Sequence record: NC_049948.1
Direction: 5' to 3' (one strand)
Length of the DNA stretch: 50,126 nt
From: Escherichia phage ev017
The translations under genes and the position numbers were made by a program. The notes below the pieces were generated by a model. It saw only the letters and a program-made list of their open reading frames with translations, was not told the DNA's origin and searched no databases. Each line of letters opens with the position of its first letter. The stretch's first letter is position 1. Positions 30,691-40,148 of this stretch are shown in pieces.

Positions 30691-31224
30691 TCACTCTCTT
30701 TTTCCCTGAAGCATGGCAGCGTGGCAGGCATCCTCTACGCCCTTAACTGCATCTGCGCAGTAGTTATAGCGATTGCATTCCACTAACTTCTGCCTGAGAT
30801 TTTCAATTGCTTGCGCGACATCAGCCTGTATTACAGGAACTGGCGGAACGGCTGTCTGCTGCTCTCGAACGTCATTAGTCGCTATCGGTTCTGCTGCCAA
30901 CTGACTGGCATATTTGTTAATGGTAACGATAAGCTCTTGCTCAGCCTCATCCAGACAATCACCGATACCTCGCCTGTCGCCGTCAAAATCATCGAAATCA
31001 GCACGAACTCTGGCAAATTTCAGGATTGCGGACAACACCTCACCAGGAATTACCGGAGAGTTGGTTGACGTTTCCGAAATTTCCCGAAAATTATTGGTTG
31101 ACGAATTCGCGTTTTCCCGAAAGTTTCCGGCATGAAGCATAGCCGCGCGGCAGGCGTTCCAGCCTCTCACCTCTGCAATAGCGGCAACAGCATCGACCGC
31201 GTACATGCTAAGAGGGTTAGGCAT
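30691..31224 (-). CDS. Hypothetical protein
   Basis: ORF 30691-31299; probable start at internal Met 31224 after the upstream gene stop. Confidence 0.5.
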   Translation of the reverse strand: MPNPLSMYAVDAVAAIAEVRGWNACRAAMLHAGNFRENANSSTNNFREISETSTNSPVIPGEVLSAILKFARVRADFDDFDGDRRGIGDCLDEAEQELIVTINKYASQLAAEPIATNDVREQQTAVPPVPVIQADVAQAIENLRQKLVECNRYNYCADAVKGVEDACHAAMLQGKRE

Positions 31225-31241
31225 TGGTTTTTCTTCAGGTA

Positions 31242-31496
31242 CTACTGGCACTGGCTTGGCATATATAGCGGCTGAACATACCAACCCTTTGATAACCAAC
31301 TGTCAGCAATGTTTTTACTCCTCGTTATTGCCGGAATACCTAAGCCATTGTCTGAATGCAGCCATGCCACCGGATTCTCTTCCAGCGATGCCAGAGCAAT
31401 TTCATAAGCCCGGCGCTCAACATTGTCTCGCACATCCAAACTGCTGATACGCTCTTTGATTTCTTTAATCAGTTCTTTGTCGGTAAAAGTGCTCAT
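31242..31496 (-). CDS. Hypothetical protein
   Basis: ORF 31242-31517; start MSTFTDKEL adjacent to the Ea22-like stop. Confidence 0.45.
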   Translation of the reverse strand: MSTFTDKELIKEIKERISSLDVRDNVERRAYEIALASLEENPVAWLHSDNGLGIPAITRSKNIADSWLSKGWYVQPLYMPSQCQ

Positions 31497-31497
31497 A

Positions 31498-32262
31498 TCA
31501 ATCTCCATTGGTATCAATGTTTACAGCCTGACAAGACTCTTTGAGCACCCAGTCAATAGCGTCTTTCCATGCCTCTGTTTCGACTGGTGGATTTTCACGC
31601 TTAACCTGTTCATAGAAGCGCACTGCTTTAACCAGTCCTTCCGGTACTACTGGTGATGGCTGTTTAGCTTCTAAATCAGCAATTCTGTCAACCACGGCAT
31701 CGACAGCATCTGAAAAGCCGAACCAGTTGCTCCACTCCGGCTCATCCCCGGTTGCTGCAAAGTACATATCTGCTAAAGCAGATTCAGCATGGTCACGCTC
31801 GTTAATGAGTTGCTCTTCGCTTTTCTCCAGTTCAGCAATACGCTTACCCCCATCCGAGATAACACCTTCGTAATACTCACGCTGCTCGTTGAGTTTTGAT
31901 TTTGTCTCCTCAAGCTCAACTCTCAGCTTCCCAACAGTAAGAGCAATATCCTCGTTCTCCTGGTCGCGGCGTTTTATGTATTGCTGGTTTCTTTCCCGTT
32001 CATCCAGCAGTGCCAGCACAGTAGCCGGATTGGCTGCGGCGATGAATTCAGCATTGGCCTGCTGTTCCATTTGGAAATCTTCATCGAAACCGCTTTCTGG
32101 ATGCGCTCCTTCAATTCTGCAAATGGGAATATATCCAGCAACTTCACGATGAATTAGCGCATAATCACCATCAAATCGGCTCTCTCCATATTCGAGCGAC
32201 CACTCACCACACGTTGCTTTTTCTGCCGCTTCACGCAGTGCCTGATAGTTAATTTCGCTCAC
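31498..32262 (-). CDS. ea22: Ea22-like protein
   Basis: N-terminus MSEINYQALREAAEKA and central LLDERERNQQYIKRRDQENEDIALTVGKLRVELEETKSKLNEQREYYEGVISDG match lambda Ea22. Confidence 0.8.
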   Translation of the reverse strand: MSEINYQALREAAEKATCGEWSLEYGESRFDGDYALIHREVAGYIPICRIEGAHPESGFDEDFQMEQQANAEFIAAANPATVLALLDERERNQQYIKRRDQENEDIALTVGKLRVELEETKSKLNEQREYYEGVISDGGKRIAELEKSEEQLINERDHAESALADMYFAATGDEPEWSNWFGFSDAVDAVVDRIADLEAKQPSPVVPEGLVKAVRFYEQVKRENPPVETEAWKDAIDWVLKESCQAVNIDTNGD

Positions 32263-32480
32263 TTCGAACCTCTCTGTTTACTGATAAGCTCCAGATCCTC
32301 CTGGCAACTTGCACAAGTCCGACAACCCTGAACGACCAGGCGTCTTCGTTCATCTATGGGATCGCCACACTCACAACAATGAGTGGCGGATATAGTCTGG
32401 TAGTTCAGACGACGCATTTTTATTGCTGTATTGCGCTGTAATTCTTCAATTTCTGATGCTGAATCAATGATGTCCGCCAT
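32259..32480 (-). CDS. TraR/DksA-family C4 zinc-finger protein
   Basis: 73 aa with CCECG...CRTCASC four-Cys motif. Confidence 0.65.
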   Translation of the reverse strand: MADIIDSASEIEELQRNTAIKMRRLNYQTISATHCCECGDPIDERRRLVVQGCRTCASCQEDLELISKQRGSK

Positions 32481-32578
32481 CTTTCATTAATCCCTGAATT
32501 GTTGGTTAATACGCTTGAGGGTGAATGCGAATAATAAAAAAGGAGCCTGTAGCTCCCTGATGATTTTGCTTTTCATGT

Positions 32579-32860
32579 TCACCGTTCCTTAAAGACGCCG
32601 TTTAACATGCCGATCGCCAGGCTTAAATGAGTCGGTGTGAATCCCATCAGCGTTACCGTTTCGCGGTGCTTCTTTAGTACGCTACGGCAAATGTCATCGA
32701 CGTTTTTATCCGGAAACTGCTGTCTGGCTTTTTTGATTTCAGAATTAGCCTGACGGGCAATGCTGCGAAGGGCGTTTTCTTGCTGAGGTGTCACTGAACA
32801 AGCCCCATGTCGGCAAGCATAAGCACACAGAATATGAAGCCCGCTGCCAGAAAAATGCAT
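32579..32860 (-). CDS. Hypothetical protein
   Basis: 93-aa ORF in the lambda-like delta region. Confidence 0.45.
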   Translation of the reverse strand: MHFSGSGLHILCAYACRHGACSVTPQQENALRSIARQANSEIKKARQQFPDKNVDDICRSVLKKHRETVTLMGFTPTHLSLAIGMLNGVFKER

Positions 32861-32870
32861 TCAGTGGTTG

Positions 32871-33062
32871 TCATACCTGGTCTCTCTCATCTGCTTCTGC
32901 TTTCGCCACCATCATTTCCAGCTTTTGTGAAAGGGATGTGGCTAACGTATGAAATTCTTCGTCTGTTTCTACTGGTATTGGCACAAACCTGACTCCAATT
33001 TGAGCAAGGCTATGTGCCATCTCAATACTCGTTCTTAACTCAACAGGAGATGCTTTGTGCAT
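32871..33062 (-). CDS. Lambda orf63-like protein
   Basis: [36 protein letters not shown] matches lambda orf63 as recalled. Confidence 0.75.
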   Translation of the reverse strand: MHKASPVELRTSIEMAHSLAQIGVRFVPIPVETDEEFHTLATSLSQKLEMMVAKAEADERDQV

Positions 33063-33223
33063 ACCGCCTCCCGTTTATTATTTATCTTCTCAGCCAGCCG
33101 CTGTGCTTTCAGTGGATTTCTGATAACAGAAAGGCCGGGAAATACCCAGCCTCGCTTTGTAACGGAGTAGACGAAAGTGATCGCGCCTACCCGGATATTA
33201 TCGTGAGGATGCGTCATCGCCAT
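33035..33223 (-). CDS. Lambda orf61-like protein
   Basis: [33 protein letters not shown] matches lambda orf61 as recalled. Confidence 0.75.
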   Translation of the reverse strand: MAMTHPHDNIRVGAITFVYSVTKRGWVFPGLSVIRNPLKAQRLAEKINNKREAVCTKHLLLS

Positions 33224-33894
33224 TGCTCCCCAAATACAAAACTAATTTCAGCCAGTGCCTCGTCCATTTTTTCGATGAACTCCGGCACCATCTCGTCAAA
33301 ACTCGCCATGTACTTTTCATCCCGCTCAACCACGACATAATGCAGTCCTTCACGCTTCATACGCGGGTCATAGTTGGCAAAGTACCAGGCATCTTTTCGC
33401 GTCACCCACATGCTGTACTGCACCTGGGCCATGTAAGCCGATTTTATGGCCTCGAAACCACCGAGCCGGAACTTCATGAAATCCCGGGAGGTAAACGGGC
33501 ATTTCAGCTCAAGGCCGTTGCCGTCACTGCATAAACCATCGGGAGAGCAGGCGGTGCGCATACTTTCGTCGCGATAGATGATCGGGGATTCAGTAACATT
33601 CACGCCGGAAGTAAACTCAAACAGGGCTCTGGCGTCGTTCTCGTACTGTTTTCCCCAAGCCAGCGCCTTAGCGTTAACTTCCGGAGCCACACCGGTGCAA
33701 ACCTCAGCAAGCAGGGTGTGGAAGTAGGACATTTTCATGTCAGGCCATTTCTTTCCGGAGCGGGGTTTTGCTATCACGTTGTGAACTTCTGAAGCGGTGA
33801 TGACGCCGAGCCGTAATTTGTGCCATGCATCATCCCCCTGTTCGACAGCTCTCACGTCGATCCCGGTACGCTGCAGGATAATGTCCGGTGTCAT
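33214..33894 (-). CDS. exo: Lambda exonuclease (Red alpha)
   Basis: 226-aa ORF near-identical to lambda Exo. Confidence 0.95.
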   Translation of the reverse strand: MTPDIILQRTGIDVRAVEQGDDAWHKLRLGVITASEVHNVIAKPRSGKKWPDMKMSYFHTLLAEVCTGVAPEVNAKALAWGKQYENDARALFEFTSGVNVTESPIIYRDESMRTACSPDGLCSDGNGLELKCPFTSRDFMKFRLGGFEAIKSAYMAQVQYSMWVTRKDAWYFANYDPRMKREGLHYVVVERDEKYMASFDEMVPEFIEKMDEALAEISFVFGEQWR

Positions 33895-34676
33895 GCTGCC
33901 ACCTTCTGCTCAGTGGCTTTCTGTTTCAGGAATCCAAGAGCTTTCACTGCTTCGGCCTGTGTCAGTTCTGACGATGCGCGAATGTCGCGGCGAAATATCT
34001 GGGAACAGAGCGGCAATAAGTCGTCATCCCATGTTTTATCCAGGGCGATCAGCAGAGTGTTAATCTCCTGCATGGTTTCATCGTTAACCGGAGTGATGTC
34101 GCGTTCCGGCTGACGTTCTGCAGTGTATGCGGTATTTTCGACAATGCGCTCGGCTTCATCCTTGTCATAGATACCAGCAAATCCGAAGGCGAGACGGGCA
34201 CACTGAATCATGGCTTTATGCCGTAACATCCGTTTGGGATGCGACTGCCACGGCCCCGTGATTTCTCTGCCTTCGCGGGTTTTGAATGGTTCGCGGCGGC
34301 ATTCATCCATCCACTCGGTAACGCAGATCGGATGATTGCGGTCTTTGCGGTAAATCCGGCATGTACATGATTCATTGTCCTGCTCAAAGTCCATACCATC
34401 AAACTGCTGGTTTTCATTGATGATGCGGGACCAGCCATCAACGCCCACCACCGGAACAATGCCGTTCTGCTTATCAGGGAAGGCGTAAATTTCTTTCGTC
34501 CACGGATTAAGGCCGTACTGGTTGGCGACGATCAACAATGCGATGAACTGCGCATCGCTGGCATCACCTTTAAATGCCGTCTGGCGAAGAGTGGTGATCA
34601 GTTCCTGTGGGTCGACAGAATCCATGCCGACACGTTCAGCCAGCTTCCCTGCCAGCGTTGCGAGTGCTGTACTCAT
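33891..34676 (-). CDS. bet: Recombination protein Bet (Red beta)
   Basis: 261-aa ORF near-identical to lambda Bet. Confidence 0.95.
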   Translation of the reverse strand: MSTALATLAGKLAERVGMDSVDPQELITTLRQTAFKGDASDAQFIALLIVANQYGLNPWTKEIYAFPDKQNGIVPVVGVDGWSRIINENQQFDGMDFEQDNESCTCRIYRKDRNHPICVTEWMDECRREPFKTREGREITGPWQSHPKRMLRHKAMIQCARLAFGFAGIYDKDEAERIVENTAYTAERQPERDITPVNDETMQEINTLLIALDKTWDDDLLPLCSQIFRRDIRASSELTQAEAVKALGFLKQKATEQKVAA

Positions 34677-34681
34677 CCGTT

Positions 34682-34978
34682 TTATACCTCTGAATCAATA
34701 TCAGCCTGATGGTGAGCAATGGTTTCAACTATGTACCGGATGTGTTCTGCCATGCGCTCCTGAAACTCAACATCGTCATCAAACGCACGGGTAATGGCTT
34801 TTTTGCTGGCCCCGTGGCGTTGTAAATGATCGATGCATAGCGATTCAAACAGGTGCTGGGGCAGGCCTTTTTCCATGTCGTCTGCCAGTTCTGCCTCTTT
34901 CTCTTCACGGGCGATCTGCTGGTAGTGACGCGCCCAGCTCTGAGCCTCAAGACGATCCTGAATGTAATAAGCGTTCAT
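34682..34978 (-). CDS. gam: Host-nuclease inhibitor Gam (RecBCD inhibitor)
   Basis: 98-aa ORF matching the short form of lambda Gam. Confidence 0.92.
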   Translation of the reverse strand: MNAYYIQDRLEAQSWARHYQQIAREEKEAELADDMEKGLPQHLFESLCIDHLQRHGASKKAITRAFDDDVEFQERMAEHIRYIVETIAHHQADIDSEV

Positions 34979-35053
34979 GGCTGAACTCCTGAAAATGGCT
35001 GTGAAAATATCGCCCGCGAAATGCCAGGCTGATTAGGAAAACAGGAAAGGGGG

Positions 35054-35197
35054 TTAGTGAATGCTTTTGCTTGATCTCAGTTTCAGTATTAATATCCATT
35101 TTTTATAAGCGTCGACGGCCTCACGAAACATCTTTTCATCGCCAATAAAAGTGGCGATAGTGAATTTAGTCTGGATAGCCATAATTGTTTGATCCAT
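35054..35197 (-). CDS. kil: Host-killing protein Kil
   Basis: From Met at 35197 ([47 protein letters not shown]), matching lambda Kil. Confidence 0.85.
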   Translation of the reverse strand: MDQTIMAIQTKFTIATFIGDEKMFREAVDAYKKWILILKLRSSKSIH

Positions 35198-35330
35198 TTT
35201 TTGGGACTCCTGGCTGATTAAGTATGTCGATAAGGCGTTTCCATCCGTCACGTAATTTACGGGTGATTCGTTCAAGTAAAGATTCGGAAGGGCAGCCAGC
35301 AACAGGCCACCCTGCAATGGCATATTGCAT
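35166..35330 (-). CDS. cIII: Regulatory protein CIII (FtsH inhibitor)
   Basis: Minus-strand ATGCAATATGCCATTGCAGGGTGGCCT... encodes MQYAIAGWPVAGCPSESLLERITRKLRDGWKRLID... matching lambda CIII; below the ORF-track size cutoff; coordinates approximate. Confidence 0.75.
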   Translation of the reverse strand: MQYAIAGWPVAGCPSESLLERITRKLRDGWKRLIDILNQPGVPKNGSNNYGYPD

Positions 35331-35402
35331 GGTGTGCTCCTTATTTATACATAACGAAAAACGCCTCGAGTGAAGCGTAATTGGTATGCGGTAACGCCGC
35401 GC

Positions 35403-35771
35403 TCAGGCGGCCTTGATAGTCATATCATCTGAATCAAATATTCCTGATGTATCGATATCGGTAATTCTTATTCCTTCACTACCATCCATTGGAGGCCATC
35501 CTTCCTGACCATTTCCATCATTCCAGTCGAACTCACACACAACACCATATGCATTTAAGTCGCTTGAAATTGCTATAAGCAGAGCATGTTGCGCCAGCAT
35601 GATTAATACAGCATTTAATACAGAGCCGTGTTTATTGAGTCGGTATTCAGAGTCTGACCAGAAATTATTAATCTGGTGAAGTTTTTCCTCTGTCATTACG
35701 TCATGGTCAATTTCAATTTCTATTGATGCTTTCCAGTCGTAATCAATGATGTATTTTTTGATGTTTGACAT
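35403..35771 (-). CDS. ea10: Ea10-like protein
   Basis: 122-aa ORF matching lambda Ea10 as recalled. Confidence 0.8.
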   Translation of the reverse strand: MSNIKKYIIDYDWKASIEIEIDHDVMTEEKLHQINNFWSDSEYRLNKHGSVLNAVLIMLAQHALLIAISSDLNAYGVVCEFDWNDGNGQEGWPPMDGSEGIRITDIDTSGIFDSDDMTIKAA

Positions 35772-35953
35772 CTATTCATATCCTCATAGATAAAAAATCG
35801 CCCTCACACTGGAGGGCAAAGAAGATTTCCAATAATCAGAACAAGTCGGCTCCTGTTTAGTTACGAGCGACATTGCTCCGTGTATTCACTCGTTGGAATG
35901 AATACACAGTGCAGTGTTTATTCTGTTATTTATGCCAAAAATAAAGGCCACTA

Positions 35954-36154
35954 TCAGGCAGCTTTGTTGTTCTGTTTACCAAGTTCTCTGGCAATCATTG
36001 CCGTCGTTCGTATTGCCCATTTATCGACATATTTCCCATCTTCCATTACAGGAAACATTTCTTCAGGCTTAACCATGCATTCCGATTGCAGCTTGCATCC
36101 ATTGCATCGTTTGAATTGTCCACACCATTGATTTGTATCAATAGTCGTAGTCAT
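35954..36154 (-). CDS. ral: Restriction alleviation protein Ral
   Basis: 66-aa ORF MTTTIDTNQWCGQFKRCNGCKLQSECMV... matching lambda Ral. Confidence 0.9.
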   Translation of the reverse strand: MTTTIDTNQWCGQFKRCNGCKLQSECMVKPEEMFPVMEDGKYVDKWAIRTTAMIARELGKQNNKAA

Positions 36155-36367
36155 ACGGATAGTCCTGGTATTGTTCCATCACATCTTGAGGATGCTCTTC
36201 GAACTCTTCAAATTCTTCTTCCATATATCACCTTAAATAGTGGATTGCGGTAGTAAAGATTGTGCCTGTCTTTTAACCACATCAGGCTCGGTGGTTCTCG
36301 TGTACCCCTACAACGAGAAATCGGATAAACTCTATTCACCCCTACAGAGAGCAAAAGAGAAACGCCG

Positions 36368-36949
36368 ATGAACAACTCATGGTGGCAGGAACTAATGCAT
36401 TTTTTCCTGCAAGGAATGACACTTAAACAGTTGATTCATATGCTAATCATCCTGATCATATTGATTATTGTTATGCCGGTAAGCGTAAAAGAATGGATAA
36501 ACCTGCATAGTCCAGAAATCCTTCCTCATTACTGGATGTATTACATCCTGTTGTTTTGCGTTAGCTATGTGCTTAACGGCGTTGTTAATTCCGCTTATCA
36601 CGCTGTGACTGAAAGAATTGAGGTATTCGCTGCTCAGAAGCGCAAATCTAAAGAAGAAAAATATGTGCAAGATTTGTTTGATTCGTTAACTCTTGGAGAA
36701 AGAGCGTATTTGGCATTCGCTGTAGCCGCTAATAACCAGCTACAAACGGAAAAGGGCGCTCATGAATCAATTTCATTGCTCAAAAAAGGACTCCTCGTTC
36801 GAAGGCCTCCTGCTGTTGGATATCCTGATACCGACCGTTTCGTTATCCCTGAAAGCTATAGACATGAGTGCTACATTAGGTTTGCCGGGAAGGCAGACAG
36901 CCTTATGGATGAACTTATCGCTCAGGATAAGCATGGCAAAAACAAGTAA
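36368..36949 (+). CDS. sieB: Superinfection exclusion protein SieB
   Basis: 193-aa ORF MNNSWWQELMHFFLQGMTLKQLIHMLIILI... matching lambda SieB; opposite strand to the surrounding operon, as in lambda. Confidence 0.9.
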   Translation: MNNSWWQELMHFFLQGMTLKQLIHMLIILIILIIVMPVSVKEWINLHSPEILPHYWMYYILLFCVSYVLNGVVNSAYHAVTERIEVFAAQKRKSKEEKYVQDLFDSLTLGERAYLAFAVAANNQLQTEKGAHESISLLKKGLLVRRPPAVGYPDTDRFVIPESYRHECYIRFAGKADSLMDELIAQDKHGKNK

Positions 36950-36965
36950 TTAGCAAATGAATTTA

Positions 36966-37238
36966 TCATCTCGCCGTCAGTTGTTTTGATTTCCGGTAGC
37001 CTGCCGCGTAAAGAGCTACGTTCGGAAGACAAGTTGAACCTTCATATTTTCTGGTCAACGTTGTCAGAGTTATCACTTCTGCTCTCATTGCTGGTTTGAG
37101 CTTGCATTGCAAGACCACTCGTGAAGGGGTTGGCCTGTGTAGCTTGTCGGAGCTGATCGCCTCCTGACTTTGCAGATTTGCGCGACGAGCTCTACGGCGA
37201 GAAGCTGCGGTGCCTTTAAATTCTGTTTTTCTGGACAT
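36966..37238 (-). CDS. N: Antitermination protein N-like (early antiterminator; C-terminus resembles the P22 gp24 type)
   Basis: ORF 36966-37310; Met at 37238 preceded by GGGAGGA; N-terminal Arg-rich motif GTAASRRRARRANL; first gene of the leftward operon. Confidence 0.75.
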   Translation of the reverse strand: MSRKTEFKGTAASRRRARRANLQSQEAISSDKLHRPTPSRVVLQCKLKPAMRAEVITLTTLTRKYEGSTCLPNVALYAAGYRKSKQLTAR

Positions 37239-37349
37239 GGATTCCTCCCGAATAAACTTTGGCGATGCAATCTCGAAGCTCCTCCTGAGACGGTTGCTTC
37301 GGCATTGCATCCCACAGCTTATGTGGTTGGGTGATCTGGCTTTTCAGCC

Positions 37350-37385
37350 ACGTAGTCGAGAGTCGACGTTGTTTAAAGAGCCTGC
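37350..37385 (-). promoter_or_regulatory. nutL: Candidate nutL (boxA-like GCTCTTTAA plus short hairpin) upstream of N
   Basis: Minus-strand GGCTCTTTAAACAACGTCGACTCTCGAC: boxA-like element followed by a GTCGA-CTC-TCGAC stem-loop. Confidence 0.3.
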
Positions 37386-37424
37386 CAGTCTGTTCCATTT
37401 GGCTTCCAGCGTCCTGCTGACGGT

Positions 37425-37480
37425 TAAATAGTACGATATGTACTTTACAAGATCAATACAATTTGTTGTAAGTTGGCGTG
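37425..37480 (-). promoter_or_regulatory. OL: Candidate OL/PL operator-promoter region
   Basis: Palindrome AGTACGATATGTACT at about 37430-37444 plus a second TTACAA...TTGTAA inverted element; related AGTAC-n5-GTA element recurs between cI and cro. Confidence 0.45.
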
Positions 37481-37674
37481 GTTTTTTATAACGCTTTGTA
37501 TTTAATAGTGTTGTTTTTTAGCGTGGATGTATTGCCTCGGCGATGTAAGGAGAGATCAGAATTGCGTGGTTTAGTGGGTTGCATCTATTTATTTTTCAAT
37601 AAATATAATTGGTTATGTGTTTTTAGGTGGGCGAACGTGAGGCAAAGAAAACCCGGCGCTGAGGCCGGGTTGTA

Positions 37675-38427
37675 TTATGCTGCAAGTCTCTTAACCCAAG
37701 TCTCTCTTTTGGAGAATGGTAGAACTTGGCTTGATTCATGGAAGAGTAAGGAGAGTTGTTGCATTTGATCACCAATTGCTTCGCTGTCTATAACAACAAA
37801 TCTGTTGTTATACTCCTCACTTGAAGCTTTAAGATCAATTAGTTTCCCAAGCAATGAGTAAGCACTATTCCAGCTTCCTCCGTGTTTCACGCTTGATGTA
37901 AAAACGTATTTAGGTATGTCGGTTTTTATTGTTACAGGGACGGTAATTTGATGTCCACTCAAGCCATATACGTTTTCACGAAGAGAAAGTGCGTCTCTAA
38001 GCTCTGTGTGATATAGATAATCAATAACCATACTTTCAAACTTTTCAGCTTGAACTGGCTGATACCAGTCTAACGACAAAGTTGATGCGAGTATACCAGC
38101 TCTAATTATGTTCGATGTAATCGCACCGACATCCTTTTCTGTTGCCCAAGCAATGATTTCTCCTCGAGCATTGAGTTCTGCGCCTTCTTTAAGCAGTAAT
38201 TGTCGTATCTCATCAAGTCGTTTTTTGGTAAGCGAGATCCCTCTTGCCTCCATATTCATTAAGGCATCGCATCTGTCACTAACTAAATACCTACCATTGA
38301 CTTCACGGATAAAGGCACCGACATGCTCTCCATCATCACAGTAAGTGAATGGACTGATAATTCTCAAGGTCTTGCCTATTGGATGGCATTCGAAACCTAG
38401 TTGTGAGATCACTGTTGAGCACATCAT
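37675..38427 (-). CDS. Hypothetical protein, gene 2 of a two-gene cassette at the rexAB-equivalent locus (candidate phage exclusion/defence component)
   Basis: 250-aa ORF, AT-rich, overlapping the stop of the upstream 185-aa ORF; same strand as cI; no recognised catalytic motif. Confidence 0.65.
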   Translation of the reverse strand: MMCSTVISQLGFECHPIGKTLRIISPFTYCDDGEHVGAFIREVNGRYLVSDRCDALMNMEARGISLTKKRLDEIRQLLLKEGAELNARGEIIAWATEKDVGAITSNIIRAGILASTLSLDWYQPVQAEKFESMVIDYLYHTELRDALSLRENVYGLSGHQITVPVTIKTDIPKYVFTSSVKHGGSWNSAYSLLGKLIDLKASSEEYNNRFVVIDSEAIGDQMQQLSLLFHESSQVLPFSKRETWVKRLAA

Positions 38428-38981
38428 ATTCCAAACCCCATTTGCCCCGACTCATCTTCAAGCGGTAAAGGTATTCTCCCAGAGTAAGTTATGTTCAGAT
38501 GTTTACAGAAGTAATTCCAATACCCTACCAGGTCATCTGGGTTTATGTCATCTTCGATTGGAAACGCTATTCTATCACTATAGTATCCAGCTTCTTCATA
38601 GTATACATGGTAGTGAGCACCGTAAATGATATCTTGGTACTTCGGATGATCGACCTTGTAACTATTCGTGTGTTTGTCAAAGTGATAGGTATCTACCGCG
38701 AAAACCCTCTTGTTATGATAGAAAGCAATAATATTTATTTTAGGGTAAGAAATCGGGTCATCAGGTTCTGAATCCTGATCTGGTTTCCATTTCAGTTCAA
38801 ACTTTAGCCCTTGTATAGGTATACAATCCTCATCCAAGGGGATGATATGGGCTTGTAGCCACATATCAGAGCGACTTGGTTTCTGTTTCCATTTAACGCC
38901 AGAAAAGTTAACTATTTTTTTACAATAAAGTACTTTATCAACTTCTACTTGGCTTGGCTGATAATCATCTATTTTTGCCAA
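38424..38981 (-). CDS. Hypothetical protein, gene 1 of the two-gene cassette at the rexAB-equivalent locus
   Basis: 185-aa ORF starting ~40 nt downstream of the cI stop; AT-rich; Tyr/His/Asp-rich; no recognised motif. Confidence 0.65.
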   Translation of the reverse strand: MAKIDDYQPSQVEVDKVLYCKKIVNFSGVKWKQKPSRSDMWLQAHIIPLDEDCIPIQGLKFELKWKPDQDSEPDDPISYPKINIIAFYHNKRVFAVDTYHFDKHTNSYKVDHPKYQDIIYGAHYHVYYEEAGYYSDRIAFPIEDDINPDDLVGYWNYFCKHLNITYSGRIPLPLEDESGQMGFGI

Positions 38982-39020
38982 TGTTTACCGCCCTGTAAAT
39001 TGTAGATAAAAGTGGTTTCA

Positions 39021-39674
39021 TCACCCAAACGTCTCTTCAGGCCATTGGCTGGCGATAACTTTCCCCACAACGGAACAACTCTCATTGCATGGGATCATTG
39101 GGTATTGTGGGTTTAGTGGCTGTAGAAACACCTGACCGCTATCCCTGATCAGTTTCTTGAAGGTAAATTCATCACCACCAAGTCTGGCTATGCAGAAATC
39201 GCCGGGCTCAACAGCTTGCTCAGGGTCAACCAGAATTAACATCCCGTCAGGAAAGCTGGGTTTGGAACCTGTTGGTGCGGTCATTGAGTTACCTTCAACC
39301 TCAAGCCAGAATGCAGAGTCACTGGCTTTTTTGGTTGTGCTTACCAATCTCTCCGCATCGCCTTTGGTAAAGGTTCTGAGTTCTGGAGAGAACATCCCAG
39401 CCTGAACATGAGAAAAAACAGGGTACTCATATTGTTTTTTAACTGGGGCCGATGAGTATTCGCCAACAGGTGAAAATGTCCCGTCGTGGTTGAATGATAT
39501 GTTATCAATACCAAGGTATTTAAACACCACACCAATATCACTAAGAGATGGATGACGAGATCCGCGCAACCAGTGTCCAATCCCACCCTGCGTCATACCT
39601 AGCTCTTCGGCTAACTTCTCTTGAGTTATGCCGAGCTCTTTCATTCTGGATCTAGCCAGTTCATACCATTTCAT
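39021..39674 (-). CDS. cI: CI repressor (lambda-type C-terminal LexA-like cleavage/dimerisation domain, heteroimmune N-terminal HTH)
   Basis: ORF 39021-39722; C-terminal ~140 aa ([18 protein letters not shown]...[18 protein letters not shown]) match lambda CI; N-terminal DBD differs; start codon among Mets at 39674-39722 uncertain. Confidence 0.9.
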   Translation of the reverse strand: MKWYELARSRMKELGITQEKLAEELGMTQGGIGHWLRGSRHPSLSDIGVVFKYLGIDNISFNHDGTFSPVGEYSSAPVKKQYEYPVFSHVQAGMFSPELRTFTKGDAERLVSTTKKASDSAFWLEVEGNSMTAPTGSKPSFPDGMLILVDPEQAVEPGDFCIARLGGDEFTFKKLIRDSGQVFLQPLNPQYPMIPCNESCSVVGKVIASQWPEETFG

Positions 39675-39722
39675 TTTCATGTCCTTATTATTACGCTCTG
39701 TACTGGAACCATCCATGCACAA

Positions 39723-39791
39723 TGTGTATTTTTACTTGTATTCGCAAAGTACATATTGTATTTTTTTATTCGTGTTTACTATGGAGGGCAT
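39723..39791. promoter_or_regulatory. OR: OR/PR/PRM divergent operator-promoter region
   Basis: Intergenic region between divergent cI and cro containing AGTAC/GTACT-type partial palindromes. Confidence 0.5.
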
Positions 39792-40007
39792 ATGAGCAAC
39801 CTACGAAAATATCGAGAGTCACTGAATATCTCTCAAACAACACTTGCTAAGGCAGTTGGATGCACACAGGGAGCTATCGGACATTGGGAATCTGGTCGTC
39901 GCTTCCCAGACCTTAAAACATGCCGTGCTCTTGTTGCGTGCCTAAACAAGTTAGGCGCAAAAGTCAGTCTTGATGACGTGTTCCCGCCGGAACACAAAGC
40001 CGCTTAA
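39792..40007 (+). CDS. cro: Cro-like repressor
   Basis: 71-aa HTH protein from Met at 39792 (GGAGGG RBS); shares the TQGxIGHW recognition-helix motif with the cI N-terminus. Confidence 0.8.
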   Translation: MSNLRKYRESLNISQTTLAKAVGCTQGAIGHWESGRRFPDLKTCRALVACLNKLGAKVSLDDVFPPEHKAA

Positions 40008-40148
40008 TAAGCGGATCCGCTCTTTGTAACAACGGACATTCGTCCTACGTCGCTGAAAAGCGAGTTCCAAGATATCTGACCAACTAAGGCCATATGCGTT
40101 TCCACGCATACCTTTCAACTAACTATTCACTATTGGAAATCTTAAGAA

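Noticed and set aside
35880-36131. 83-aa plus-strand ORF overlapping ral
   Set aside because: Antisense to Ral, which matches lambda Ral; no support.
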